DNA of 64,000 nt from Eledone cirrhosa (lineage: Eukaryota): NCBI GenBank assembly GCA_964016885.1, contig OZ024741.1:283340001-283404000 (forward strand), written 5' to 3'. Below are positions 12,138 to 26,908 of this stretch, piece by piece. Within the stretch, counting starts at the first letter, position 1. Every line of letters begins with the position of its first letter. The notes under the pieces are model-generated. The model was not told where the DNA came from. It worked only from the letters and a program-made list of their open reading frames with translations, and ran no database searches. A program made the translations under genes and the position numbers.

Positions 12138-12325
12138 TAATAATTGTTTCTACTTTTGGCACAAGGCCAGCAATTACCCAGTGCATTACTGGTACTTTAT
12201 TGTGTCGACCCCGTAAGGATGAAAGGCAAAGTTAACCTCGGCGGGATTTGAACTCAGAATGGCAAGGGCCGTAACTCTATGCATCAAAGCATGGCGTCCG
12301 ACCCTCTACCGATACTGCCAATCCA
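12138..12325 (-). mobile_element. tRNA-derived SINE with Meta-like central domain
   Basis: Minus strand B box GAGTTCAAATCCC, then GCCTTTCATCCTTACGGGGTCGA; near-copy at 22963-23152. Confidence 0.75.
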
Positions 12326-12509
12326 ATCTGCACTAATAATAAATATATATATACTATGTTAAGGTATCAATATATATTTAATATGTATGATGATCATGTT
12401 TCTCAATAATTAAGCTAAATGGAACTTGGTTCAGAGCATCAATAATTCGAATTTAAACATATATGTGGAGAGAGAGAAAGAATCTTATATGTGATGCTGC
12501 ATGATAGTG

Positions 12510-13785
12510 AAACATTCAGGAGAGAAACCATATCACTGATATCTGTGATAAATCATTCACACATAAAAGTGCCTTAACTTCTCATAAACGTGTTCATACA
12601 GGAGAGAAGCCATATCACTGTGATATCTGTGGTAAATCATTCTCTTCAAGTGCTCACTTGAAATATCACAAAAGCATTCATACAGGCATAAAACCATACC
12701 AGTGTGATATCAGTAGTAAATAATTCTCTTGAAATGGAGACTTAAATAAACACCAAAAATTGTATACTGGTGTGAAACCACATCAGTGTGATATCTGCAG
12801 TAAATCATTCTTTTAAAGTGGTGACTTAACTAAACACGAACATGTTCATACAGGAGAAAAACAATATCAGTGTGTTATCTGTGGTAAATCATTCTCTGAA
12901 GGAGGTAGCTTAAATAAACACAAACCTATTCATACGGGAGAGCAGTCACATCACTGCGATGTCTGTGGTAAATCATTCTATGTAAGAAGTAGCTTAAATA
13001 AACACAAGCTCACACATACAAGAGAGAAACCCTATCACTGTGAAATCTGTAGTAAATCATTCTCTGAAGCAAGTGACTGAACTAAACATCAACATATTCA
13101 TACAGGAGAAAAGCCATATGACTGTGATATCTGTGGTAAATCATTTACTTGAACAGCTCATTTGATATTTCACAAAAGCATTCATACAGGCATAAAACTA
13201 TTTCACTGTGATATCTGTGGTAAATCATTCTCCCAGAATGCTGCGTTAACAAAGCACAAACATGTTCATACAGGAGAGAAGCCATATCACTGTGATATTT
13301 GTGGTAAATCATTCTCTCAAAATGCTGTATTAACTAAACACAAATGTATTCATACAAGAGAGAGGCCATATCATTGTGACATCTGTGGTAAATTATTCTA
13401 TGGAAGTGGTGACTTAACTAAGCACAAACGTGTTCATACAGGAGAGAAGATATATCTCTGTGATATTTGTGGTAAATCATTCTCTCATGCAAATACTTTA
13501 ACTTGGCACAAACACATCCATACAGGTGAGAAACCATATCACTGTGATATTCGTGGTAAATAATTCTCTGATAATACTGCCTTAACAAATCACATACATA
13601 TTCATACAGGTGAGAAGCCATATCATTGTAACATCTGTGGTAAATCATTCTCTCAGAGTGGTGACTTAACTACTCATAAACGTGCTCATACAGGAGAGAA
13701 ACCATATAACTGTGACATTTGTGGTAAATCATTCTCTCAAAAACATATGTTAACTACCCATGTATGTATTAATATGGAAGAGTAA
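12510..13785 (+). pseudogene. C2H2 zinc-finger array pseudogene (about 15 fingers)
   Basis: 84-bp period [17 protein letters not shown]; 2-bp deletion in finger 1; in-frame stops at 12721, 12730, 12814, 13078, 13150 and 13561; lost Cys/His ligands. Confidence 0.92.
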
Positions 13786-13954
13786 TCTTATCAATTTCAA
13801 AGGTCATTCTATAAAAATGTCTAATATAACTGTATTCCTACAGGAAAGAAGACATCACAACTTCCCATTACTATATTTTATGTGACCACAAATATATCTA
13901 CATTGGTAGGATAACTTGCTACTATGATATTTTTATTAAAATTATTTTTTTACA

Positions 13955-15914
13955 ACAAACGAGGCTGAGAGTAGGCGGTTTGTCAATGTTCTGCGATGGG
14001 AAGATTAGAGATGTGCAGTATTCCACATTGCAAGGCAGTGTGTCAATGCAAATCAGGATGTTGTTGGAGATAAATGTGTCTGGAATGATGCTGGTGTACT
14101 TAGTGTCACGAATGACCAGAAAAAGGAGGCCTGGAAATGTCATTATGAGAGACTGATGAATGTGGATAACGAATGGGAGAGAGAGAAATAACCCTCAGTA
14201 GATCCGACAGAGGGACCAGCTATTGAGATTGACGAATATATGGTCCAAGAGGCGATTAAGGAAATGAAAAATGGTAAGGCCGCTGGACCATCGGGGATAG
14301 TTGCTGAGATGCTGAAGGCACCAGGGGACGTAGGCACTAAACTGGTTGCATCATCAATCAGGCTATACATGGTGGTGTCATACCCAAAGACTGGTGCAGC
14401 AATATTCTCATAAATTGCTACAAAGGTAAAGGGGATGCTCTGGAGAGGAGCAATTATAGGGGTATAAAACTGATGGATCAGGTTATGAAAGTGGCAGAAA
14501 GGATATTAGCTCAACTAATAGAGAAAGGGTCAAACTAGATGAGATGCAGTTTGGTTTTGTGCCTGGGAAAAGTACAACGGATGCCCTCTTCTTGGTGAGA
14601 CAATTACAAGAGAGGTTCTTAGAGAAGAATAAGCCACTATACTTAGCTTTTGTTGACCTAGAGAAGGCCTTTGATAGGGTACCCCGATCTGTCATCTGGT
14701 GGTCCCTAAGGAAGCTAGGTGTTGAGGAATGGCTTGTGAGGACAGTGCAAACTTTGTACAGAGGTGCTGTCAGTAAAGTCAGGGTAGGAATAGAGTTTAG
14801 TGAGGAATTTCAGATATAAGTAGGAGTACATCAGGGTTCGGTCCTCAGCCCGCTCTTGTTCATTATAGTCCTCCAAGCCATAACAGAGGTGTTTAAGACT
14901 GGCTGTCCATGGGAACTTCTCTATGCTGACGATCTGGTTCTTATAGCAGAATCAGTAGAGGAGCTAGAGAAGAAATTCTGGCTATGGAAACAGCAGTTGG
15001 AATCAAGAGGACTGTGAGTGAACCTAGCTAAGACAAAAGTGTTGATGAGTAGAAAAGAGGACAAAACTCAGATTTCGTCAGGGAAATGGCCATGTTCGAT
15101 ATGCAGAAAAGGAACTGGCATAAATTCTATAAAATGCACACAATGCAGATCTTGGGTACACAAGAGATGTAATGGGATAGCAGGCAAACTAACAGGTAGG
15201 GAGAAATACGTATGCAGTAGATGTACAGGGAAATTAGACAGTAGAAGTCGCATTGATAGACACATTTTTCAAATGCAGGTGGGTGCTATAGAAGTGGTTG
15301 ATAGCTTCCGGTACCTAGGTGATCAGATTAGCTTGGGGCTGGGGGGGTTCCAAGGCCATAGTATCTAGAATAAGGATGGGTTGGAAGAAGTTTAGGGAAT
15401 TGCTTCTGCTAACGAAGAAGGGTTTCTCCCTGCGTACGAAAGGATGATTATATGATGCCTGTGTGAGGAGCACAATGCTGCATGGTAGTGAGACTTGGGC
15501 AGCAACTGCAGAGGATATGCGACCGCTGGAGAGAAATGAGGTAAGCATGCTCCGTTGGATGTGCAATGTCAATGTGTGAACGACCCAGCATGGATGTGTT
15601 GAGAGAGAAATTGTCTGAGAGGGATAGAATGTAGTGTGCGAGAGAGGAGACTGCATTGGTATGGACATGTGATGCGCATGGAGGATGACCGAAGGGTGAA
15701 GAAGTGCCAGGAAATGCCAGTTGAAGGAAGTCATGGTAGAGGTAGTCCACGAAAAACATGGGAGTAGGTGGTGAGAACAGACCTCAGATTGCTGAAGTTC
15801 ACGGAGGAGATGACGAAGGACCGTGACAAGTGGAGAGATGCTGTGCTGAATAAGACCCATCCCACCCTTGCAAGCAGTGAAAAGCAGACATAAAATGATG
15901 ATGATGATGATGAT
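13955..15914 (+). mobile_element. 5'-truncated, decayed RTE LINE with RT domain
   Basis: MQFGF, VDLEKAFDRVPR, GVHQGS, YADD near 14922, zinc-binding C-terminus, (GAT)n tail. Confidence 0.92.
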
Positions 15915-16589
15915 ACATTTATCTGACATTGCAGGAAAATAGATGAGAAAAGTATTCTTATAAATCATAAATAACATCACTGTACAATTATGTTAGAAAT
16001 AAAAAGCACGAACCATAAAAGAAAATACTTCATTATATAATAATCAGGTTCAAGTATATCTTATAAGGATGCGAATTTCTGTGCAATTGTCCATGTCTTT
16101 CTGGTTTTGGCAAATATAAATGTTGTTTTAAAGTAAATAAAGCACAAAATCGAATATGTCATTACAAGTTTGGATTATTCTTCTATCACAAAAGAAATTT
16201 TGTTATTTGATTATAATCAAAGAGTCAATGAAAAAACTTTCATTTGAAAAGCAGTATGGGTTCCTAACTGATCAAAGAACCTTTGCTAGGCTGTTTTAAT
16301 CATGCCTCTGCTTATTACTGATTCAGAGATCATCTTTGCTTAATTAAGCTGAGGGCCACCATTTTGTATAGAATAACCATATCTGTCAATAATTTGGTTG
16401 TCAAAAATGTAGTTTTCCCTTTTCATACATTTATATATATATTAACAAATACATTACAAAACATACGCACACACAAATACTGAAACTAGCTGAAAAAATA
16501 TTCAAAGATTGGTATTCCTGTTTGTACATATACACCACCATAGTAATGGTTTACGGTAAAAATATTTAATTTAATAATTCCTTGATTGC

Positions 16590-16900
16590 AATATTCTATG
16601 CTTGAATCCTTTCTGAAAATTGGGATTATCACTCCTGATTGCCACTGCTTAGGTGTCTTTCCAGAGATCAAGGCCACCCAGCACACACAAGTCAGCCAGA
16701 GAACACATTCTCTATTTAAAGCTTTTAACATCTTGGGCTGGATTTCAGCTTTCCCAGTTGCCCTACCTGATTTGAGCTTTTTAACTGCTCTTGTGACCTG
16801 AGAAATCAGTCACCGCTCTCCGGTGCACCTCGTGTACATCAGTAGATGCTGTTGTGATCGGGTTTAGGAGATCAACAAAGTATTCTCTCCACCTCATCCG
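16590..16900 (-). mobile_element. RTE fragment resembling Rex3/Expander
   Basis: RWREYFVDLLNP and MLKALNRECVLWLT..GKTPKQWQSGVIIPIFRK. Confidence 0.7.
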
Positions 16901-17434
16901 TGTGGAGGGACAAGTCTGGCCAGGATTGACCATGCTGTACCTTGCTCTGACAGGGCTGTAAATCTTGCCAGGGTATTTACTGCTGAATACCCTTTCTAAC
17001 ACCTTACATTTACAGATCATCGTCACACACTGCAGGAGTGTAATGGATGTATTTTATCATGACACCTACACTAGGGAGGTATTCATATCTTTGACACAAC
17101 TGAAGAGATGTTAAATTATGATGATGATGTTGATGCCAATAAATCAATCGATCAATAAATATACAAGTGAAAATGTCTTAAATGACTTAGTCATAGAGAG
17201 ATAATAGACTATTGATTTCAAAATGGCTGATGATACACACTCCTTCATTAATGTCAACAAAGATGAAAACCAAGATCAAAAACACCAGTAGATGGTAGAT
17301 GTTTAGATTTGCTCTACACAATAGCTAATTCACTGCTCGCTTACCTTTCTCACTTGTTTTAACCTCCATTAACCTCGCACAAACAAACACACCGCTAAAA
17401 ATATATATATATAAATGTATATGAATATGTGTGT

Positions 17435-17469
<35 letters not shown>

Positions 17470-17759
17470 GGAGTGGTAGAGAGACCACTTGCACATATAC
17501 ATACCTATTAGACAAATTGTCCCAGTTACAGCCTATGTATATGTGTGTGTGTGTGTGTATATATATTGAGTGAAGGGACAGAAAGGTAAGACAGAATACA
17601 TAAAAATTGAGAATACTATTTTAATGCCTCAGATGTGAGACTAAGTCAACCCATAACGTTTTTGGCTACACCTTTCACCAGATGGTAGAGAGAGAAAGAA
17701 AAATACACATATATATATATATATACACACACACACATATATATATACACAAACACACA

Positions 17760-17796
<37 letters not shown>

Positions 17797-19177
17797 GTAC
17801 ACACACTCTTGAGCCCTTATATACACTATACATACACATATAATACACTCAACATTGTAAGTTATACACAATAAAACATACAAAGCCTACATAATGCTGC
17901 ATTTGTTTTATACTTATGAACATCTAGAATGTAAGAATCAAGTAGCTCTCTCCTTGGTAAGTAGTGTCAGTTTACCTCAAGAAATACATTATTCAAACTG
18001 TTTATCTGCCCCTGTTTACTTTCTCTTACAGAAAGAGGTGTACATCAGTAGCTGGGTGGTGTGGTTCCTAAAGTGTGTGATTTCTGCAGGATTGGTGCCT
18101 CCATTAAGGCCAAATAGGGAGCCACCTAAGGCGCAGATCTCAGATAGGAGCATTACTAAACCTTAAAGATCACAGTTTTATATAAATTTGTATAATTAAA
18201 TCAAATATATAATAATTTCTTATGATCAATAAATGAATTATTAAACATCTTTTCCATACAATAGCATTGTGAAAATATCCAAAATGGTGGAGAGGGACAT
18301 TTAGTGTAATACCCTGTCACATGATTTGGCATGTGTGAGTGTGGACTGAATAGTAGAAAATGTAGGCTTAGTAATTTTCTTTGTGTGGTGAGAGCAAAAA
18401 GTGTCAAAAATTAATTTTGCCAACTTACCAAACTGTAAGTTGGTATTGTTTTATTTTCTTTGGAGATCCAGTCAGATCAAGTGGAGACAATTGCTTCAGA
18501 TAGGATCTTCTGGATAACATGTATAAGGAATCTGTCCAGACAACCCTCCAAGGAATAATAATTAGAAGAAGGCAGAGAAGAAGAAGAAGGCAGAGAAGAA
18601 GAAGAAAGTGGGATTGAACCTAGAATCAAATGACTAGAGCAAACTCGCTAAACCTTCAGTAATACTGCATCTGTACACACACACACACACACACACACTG
18701 GTCCAAGTGCACATATAATTTAAATAATTATGTCTCCTCCCACCTCATTCTCTTGAGATTAGATGGCTGTAAGAGAATCTTGGCAAACAAATCCACCCCA
18801 GATGGTAGAGGTATGTAGTTAAAATATAGTAACTATAGCAAATCAGGGTAGATAGTGCAAGTAGGTAATAAAGAATAGGGAAGGATAAGTGGTGGGGGAA
18901 AGTTGGTAGGTGGGATGGAGAGTAGGTGAAGTAGGTAAGGTGGATCAGAGTAAGTAGGTGGGTAGATAGGTAGATAGAGTCAATCACAGTACAAAGATGG
19001 CTAGGAGGATAGGTGAAGTAGTTAAGTAAATAAATATATTTTCAGGGGGCGGGGTGGCCCCACCCTGTGAATTAATAGTTTGCTTTGGCTGTTTTATTAC
19101 TGTAGTGTGACAAACCTGTAGAGAAAGCATTTAAACAGAAATAATACAGAATGTATATTTAACTATAGTAATATACA

Positions 19178-19857
19178 CAAACGGCAAAACATAAATGAAC
19201 TAAGTGAGAAATTAGGAATAAGAGGGATCAGATGCTGTTTACTTGAGAGAAGATTACGTTGGCATGGTCACATGATGCACATGAAAGACGACAGCTGTAT
19301 AAAAAAATGCAGGGCGATCAAAATTGCTGGAAGTTACGGAGTAGGCAGACCCAGAAAAAACCTGGGACGACTTGATAAATTCCAACCTTACACACTTACA
19401 CCTCTCTAAGACAATGTCACTGGACCGAGATCTTTGGCGCCACGCAGTAATGTAGAAGACCCGCCTTCCCTACATGCAAAGTTAACCTACAGTCAGTAGG
19501 CCCCTCCAAATCAAACATACACCCCCAACCCACTACCCCCACTCCCACCAACACCACCCTTTCTCTGTAAAGTTATGTTGATACCACAACATCCAGTCCA
19601 AACTAATGAGATCGTGTAGATGTCACGACAAAGAAACACTCAGTCCACGCTGTAATGTGGTCGTGTAGGTAACACAGTAAAAAGTCCACACTGTAAATGT
19701 GGTTGGTGTTAGGAAAGGCATCCAGCTGTAGAAAACCTGCCAGATAGTTCTATACGAGCAAGACACGGTCACCCGACTAATCTTGCCTCAAGTGGGACAA
19801 CTCCCGTCTAACCCATGCTAGTGTGGAAGATAGATGTTAAACTATGATGATGATGAT
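19178..19857 (+). mobile_element. 5'-truncated RTE LINE
   Basis: aligns with 2925-3585; GAT tail. Confidence 0.88.
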
Positions 19858-19884
19858 TTTAGGTGTACACATACAAAAAAAACA

Positions 19885-20735
19885 TACATACATAGACCAA
19901 TTTACAGAGAAAGTTGTGCATGGGTATCTGAGATGAAAAACACAGACCATAGAGGGGATAAATCATTCAAAAAGCCTGGCATGGAATTCCAACAAGTTTA
20001 TGACATCTCACCTTAAAGGATATCTCTATGCAACACAGGAACATGAAATCCCTGCCAAATATCTGCTACACAAAAGAGGAGGGCCATCAGTCGACAATAA
20101 ATGTAGGCTTTGTAAAACAAAGATCGAAGATGTTAGCCACATTGGTGCCAACTGTGAAAGAATGTCGCCTCATTACTACCCCCCTATGAGACACGATGTG
20201 ATAGCTAGAACCATCTGGAGTGTACTCAGGAAAACAAGATTAAAAATAAATGATGAGGAATATGTTGAGATAGATGGCACTAAATAATACTGGTAGAACC
20301 TGAAAATAAAAACTGCCACCAAATTAAAACACAACCAGCCCGATGTTGTTTATGACCACACAATGTGCTCTGTTGTAGAGATCAGCTGCCCACTTGATGT
20401 CAATGTTGTAAGAAAAATACAAGAGAAGGAGGACATCTACGGACCATCAATGAGGAGTTTGCAGATCCAGTATCCAAGATACACCTTCAGCTTCATACTC
20501 ATCATTATTGGAGCTACAGGTTATGTACCAGCCCACTTGGACCAAAGTATAACTGAACTTGGATTTGTGGACAAAGAATGCAGCTCCCTAATTCATAGAC
20601 TACAAATGGCTGCGATACCTGGCACCTTCAAAATTTGCAAAACATTCTTGTGATTCAGAGGATGACAATTTTTCTTTTACAACCTTGCCACCAGGAAGGT
20701 GGCCGGTTAAAAATGTACTCGAAATTAAGAGAAAG
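19885..20735 (+). mobile_element. R4/Dong-like non-LTR element 3' part (CCHC knuckle plus RLE)
   Basis: CRLCK..EDVSHIGANC..RHDVIA, QPDVV, VEISCPLD..K, IIIGATG; 3' hairpin GCCACC/GGTGGC. Confidence 0.8.
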
Positions 20736-20936
20736 AGAAACATACATACATACAATGATACAAACAAACATACATACGAATAAACATACATACATAATGG
20801 CTGCAACTCGATTTTGAGTAATGCCATCGCTTAATACTTAAGCATGAGCATCATGGACATGGTTTTTTACGCCTGCTAGGGAGTTACCTATAGCCAGTAA
20901 TACCATGCATTGCAAAAAATGTCATATATCAAGTGA

Positions 20937-21340
20937 TGCTTGACGAAAGACATCGTATATAAATGTGATGTCATCTCCGGCATTGATGACACCAACAAAA
21001 AGACATATATCGGAATGACTTCCAACAATTTTAAGACCCAGTGGTATGCCCATACCCACTCGTTCAGAAGACCAGACAAATCCAATCAGACAACACTCAC
21101 CTCCTATGTCTGGGACCTCAAGAGGAACTCCACCCCTTTCACGCTCAAATGGAAATTACTCCAGAGAGTGCGCTCATACATGGGAGGACACAAGTGTTGC
21201 GACCTTTGTATTTTAGAGAGCTATGAAATACTATTTGCCAAGGACCCGACACTGAACCAACTCTCTGACAACTGCCTGAATTGCATGCACAAAAAACTTT
21301 GCAACATACATAACATAAATATTTCAAACCAGTCTTGCTG
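20937..21340 (+). mobile_element. Penelope-like element GIY-YIG endonuclease fragment
   Basis: CLTKDIVYKC..TYIGMT..FK..H..SF..TxLT..WDLK..CDLCILE..LN. Confidence 0.8.
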
Positions 21341-21575
21341 CCAGAACAATAGTTTTCAAAAAAACATCACTCGTCAAAACATCCCCTCTCTCTCTATCCC
21401 ACCCCACCCCCTACATTCAACCCATGCCCCCTTTCGATCCGCCAATGGTACTAAGGTTATGTAAGTACTTTTTACCTACTTGCCTTTCCTACATGTATAA
21501 CGTACTTGTATTGTGTGTGTGTGTGTGTTTATGTATGTATATATGTGTGTATCTGTATGTGTATATATATATATA

Positions 21576-22650
<1,075 letters not shown>

Positions 22651-22962
22651 TATGTGTGAGTGTGTGTGTATATATGTATTTACATATATATATACACACA
22701 TATATATACATGTATATATACATCATCATCATACTCATCATCGTTTAATGTCCATCTTCCACGCTAGCATGGGTTGGACGGGTTTGTCCAACTGTCGTCA
22801 AATCGGATCAAACGTAGGGGTTAGAATACATGGACAAAGTAGAGGGTAGAGGAAAAGATGCCAAAGACAGATAAATTTTATGAAACATGAAATAAGCGTA
22901 AAAGTATAATAAACAACACTGCTATTGTTGATATTGTTAATCATGTCATAAGTTGTACAAAA

Positions 22963-23152
22963 TAATTGTTTCTACTTTAGGCACAAGGCCAGCAAAAACC
23001 CAGTACATTACTGGTACTTTATTTTATCGACCCCGTAAGGATGAAAGGCAAAGTTAACCTCGGCGGGATTTGAACTCAAACTGTAAAGGGACGTAACTAT
23101 GCTAGAAAGCATGGCGTCCAACCCTCTACCGATACTGCCAATTCACCGCCCT
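22963..23152 (-). mobile_element. Meta-like tRNA-derived SINE
   Basis: A box TGGCAGTATCGG and B box GAGTTCAAATCC on the minus strand; matches 12138-12325. Confidence 0.78.
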
Positions 23153-23794
23153 TCACAAAATAATGTAATTTTATTTGTTTCTGTTGTGAAATAAATGCAT
23201 CCTACAGAGATGGAAAAATTGGACTTAGACATTTCCTTTGTAGGTGCCTCAGTCCATATATTCCATCTCTAAGGATAATTTACCCAATTTTCTTTTGTCA
23301 TCAACTGTTATTACAGTTATTTTCTGTGTTTGGGACTCTCACATTTTCAAATTTCAAACACTCCCAGTGCTTCATTAATTCATGAGGTTATTCAAAGTGT
23401 TTTAGATTTTGGGGATTAGCTTTAAACAACTGTACAAGATGTTGAATATGATAATGGGAGAAAGATGTTGAAGGTTTGTTTTGACTTGTTCATGTGTTGT
23501 TTTCTTTTGTTTATTGGACATTCTGTCCATGTGATATTTTTTCCATGTGATGGTTGATAATCTATTTGCCAAATTTCAAAGTCATGTTAATCATTGACAA
23601 AGGCTAATCTTGTTTAATACTGCTGGCTGATATGAACAATCCTAAACATATTTAGTGGTGACATACTGGCTCCACTTAATGCTTATAATCTAAGATCACT
23701 TAAAAGCATTCTATTTCTGTTGAACTGCCAAGTTTTATAGTCAGACAAGAAGCATGGCCAACAATAGAATTTTTTTCTGATGTCACTCAATCTG

Positions 23795-24190
23795 TTTATC
23801 CTTTCATTACCATATTTTTAATGAAATACACTGCCCATAATGATCAAATCATTTTGAAAATAATCAAGTATTTTGAGGGATTTAGTTATTAGGTTGGTGT
23901 TTGGAACATAAATGTTCTTAAATAAAATTATGCTGAAAGTTTTAGATAAATATAAATACATTAACCCTTTCATTTCCATACTTCTAAAAGAAAAGACTGC
24001 CCATGATATTCGAATAATTTTCAAAATAATTAAGAATTTTTAGTAAAACACTTTATCCAATATCAAACTGATATTTGGAGCATTGATTTACAAAAAGTTC
24101 TTGTATAAAATTATGTTGGATGGTTTTAATAGAACAGAGAAGGTTGTATCACAGAACCAGGAATGGTTTCAGGTGGGTTAGTAACAAATG
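23795..24190 (+). mobile_element. tandem pair of piggyBac-like MITE copies
   Basis: CCTTTCATTACCATAT starts near 23800 and 23965 (TTAACCCTTTC); homologous to 40330-40764. Confidence 0.55.
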
Positions 24191-24639
24191 ATAACAAATA
24201 TTTAAGTCATCTCTCTCAAATGAATTCCCTACTGTTTTAAATGCTGCAATTACGTGCCCTAAGATATAACTAGTAAGATAACAAATGTATATCAACATAG
24301 AATCTCTGGAACATACCACCACCTGATCCTATGCTTCTTTTTGTAGAGTCATACTCTGTTGCAGACATTCCACATCAACCCGCCAAATCAAATCTCCAGT
24401 TCCTCCCCTTGTTTATGCAGATGTTCCTATTGAGCCCCAGCCACACCTACCTAGCCCCTCACACACCTACCTCATACCCACCCAGAAGGCCAGCTCATCT
24501 TTGCCTCTTAAAAGTTTGAAATTAACGTCTGTTCCAAACTTAGAGACACTTTAGGCCAGAACTTATCCCAGTTTCATGTGACATCAAGTGACTGTAAGTA
24601 CAAGACTTTGTTGGGTATGTATATTCTATCTAGTCTATG

Positions 24640-24825
24640 CTTTGTGGCATTGAGTTAGATCCCTTTACGTTCTGAGTTCAAATTCCGCGAAGGTTAGCTT
24701 TGCATTTATTCCTTATAGAGTCAATGAAATAAAATACCAGTAATGCACTGGATCGATCTAATCGACTTTTCCCTCACCTAAAATTGCTGACCTTGTGCCC
24801 AAATCAGAAACCATTATTATAATTA
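24640..24825 (+). mobile_element. Meta-like SINE, decayed
   Basis: TTCTGAGTTCAAATTCCGC..CCTTGTGCCCAAATCAGAAAC. Confidence 0.65.
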
Positions 24826-26074
24826 TTAACTGTAGTGGTAGTGAAGACTGAGTCAATAAAGTGTGTGAATTCCTATTCTACTTGTTTACTATAACTGTAG
24901 TTAAATCTCAAGGGTTAAAAACAGACTTTTAAGCTTTAATGCCAAAATATGAAGGAGACATGCCAACTGTAAGGTGCTAATTTTCTCAGTATCATCAACA
25001 TTATCATCATCATCAACAACACTATCACCAGCATCATCAACACTATCATCAACATCATCCTCGTCATCATTGTCACCATCATCATCATAAACATACAGAC
25101 ACACTCATATGCTATGAGGCAGAAGGAAGAACGCTATTTACTTACTATATGTTTCTGACAGAATCAAATGCACACACACATACATTATGATATACTGAAA
25201 ACTGTAGTTGGTCATGGTGGTAGTTATGGTAAGATGGGGAAAGTGAAGACTAGTTAATTTTTTAAAAACTAATATATAATACTTTTTAAATCATAAATTT
25301 TTAATGCATGTGCTTTCATGTAATTCACTGTTGTCTGCTAAACTGAACTTTTTACAAAGAACTTGGTTTCCACTTCAATGAACTTATTTAATGACAATTA
25401 ATAAAACACAGTGAAACATTTAATAAAATAACTATTTAGAGTGTTCAGTCATGAATAGTTACATGTTAAATTCTCTGGTGGTAAAAAATTAACTGATGTT
25501 TTTGTTAGGGAAACAATGAGGAAGAACTAACTATCACTGAAACCATTGCATATAAGGAATGATTAAATTAATAGCATAAATCTTAACTATAATAAAGAAA
25601 GGAGTGCAGGACTGCGTCCAGAATATATGTAAAATAAGTTGGATTACTTTGAATAAATAATGAATGAATATTACTTAATTTATGTACTAAATTTCGTGGC
25701 TGTTGATTAAATATATTTTATAGCTTATTTAAAGATTCACTTCTTTAAAATTTTCAAATGTCAACACTTCCGGTTAGCGGCCTTTATATTATAACACTTA
25801 TAATATCGCATATATTTCCGTAGCTAATTTTCTCCTAATGCAGTTTATATATAATATCGTCTTTTTTTAAATGTATCATGGATTACGTTACTGATTACAC
25901 AAGACAGTGTAACATAGACTTCGTTCAATTTCTGTGTATATTGTCAATTACGATTTTATTTTATGTATCATATCTACATGTATAATATCAATATACACAC
26001 TACACATGCTAGCAGAAAACCACCCTAGGGTGGTTTTTCTGCTAATTATTATAATGATGATTAATATTCTAGTG

Positions 26075-26190
26075 AAAGTGTGTGGTTTAATGGTTAGGGA
26101 ATTTAATTACCAACCATAAGGTTGTGAGTTCAATTCCCGGATTAGGTGATATGTTATGTCCTTGAGCATGGCACTTTATTTCATGTCTCT
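26075..26190 (+). mobile_element. CORE-like SINE head
   Basis: GGTTGTGAGTTCAATTCCC..GTCCTTGAGCATGGCACTTT. Confidence 0.65.
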
Positions 26191-26284
26191 TCTTCTGCCA
26201 GGAATTGCGACTGTAGATAGTATTAGCAACTGGAAAGACCAATGGTAACACTGTTTCCAAGGTCCAATTTGCAAGTTGTACCCC

Positions 26285-26705
26285 ACTTGGTAAGAGGCTA
26301 TATAGCCAGTAAGAGTATCTAAGACTACATCGTTGAATGTGGTCATCATTATTTTAAAACGTGGCGAGTGGGAAATATTTGGCTGTTATTTCTAGCAGGT
26401 TGGGGGGAGACTATGTAGCCGGTAAGTGGCTATGCAGCCAGTATGAGGCTATGTACCCGGTAGAAGCTATGTAGCCAGTAAAAACTATGTAGCCAGTAAA
26501 AAACTATGTACAAGGTGAGAGGCGATGTAGCCGGTAAAGGCTATGTAAGTGGTAAAGGCTATGTAGACGGTAAGAGACAGTATAGCCAGTAAGTAGCTAT
26601 GTAGCCGGTAAGATGGTATGTAGCCGGTAGTGACTATGTAGCAGGTAAAAGGATATGTTGCCGATAGGAGGCTATATAGCAGGTGACATAGCTGGTAAGA
26701 GGCGG
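26285..26705. repeat. about 20-bp minisatellite (GGCTATGTAGCCGGTAAGA-like)
   Basis: more than 12 degenerate tandem units. Confidence 0.8.
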
Positions 26706-26779
26706 GGATTCTCTTTTTACTATTGGTTGCGGCAAGGGTTCAGGTTTTTTTTATTGAACAGGGGGGGGGGGATTGCTTA

Positions 26780-26908
26780 CTGAATGAACTGGAGCAGCAT
26801 GAAATAAAGTGTCTTGTTCAAGGACACAGCAATGTACTGCTTAGAAGCAAACTTATAACCTTACAATTAAGGGCTGACCATTCCAACCACTGAGCTATGT
26901 GCCTTCAC
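26780..26908 (-). mobile_element. CORE-like SINE head
   Basis: CTGGAGCA..GAAATAAAGTGTCTTGTTCAAGGACAC..AACCACTGAGCTATGTGCCTTC. Confidence 0.65.

Noticed and set aside
12721-13563. Rescue of ZNF stops by A-to-I editing or readthrough
   Set aside because: Six stops, a frameshift and lost zinc ligands make a pseudogene the simpler explanation.
20934-20936. In-frame TGA before the GIY-YIG as selenocysteine
   Set aside because: The upstream frame is not continuous and I could not identify a SECIS.
26285-26705. CRISPR-like look of the palindromic repeat
   Set aside because: Units are contiguous with no unique spacers, there are no cas genes, and the context is eukaryotic.
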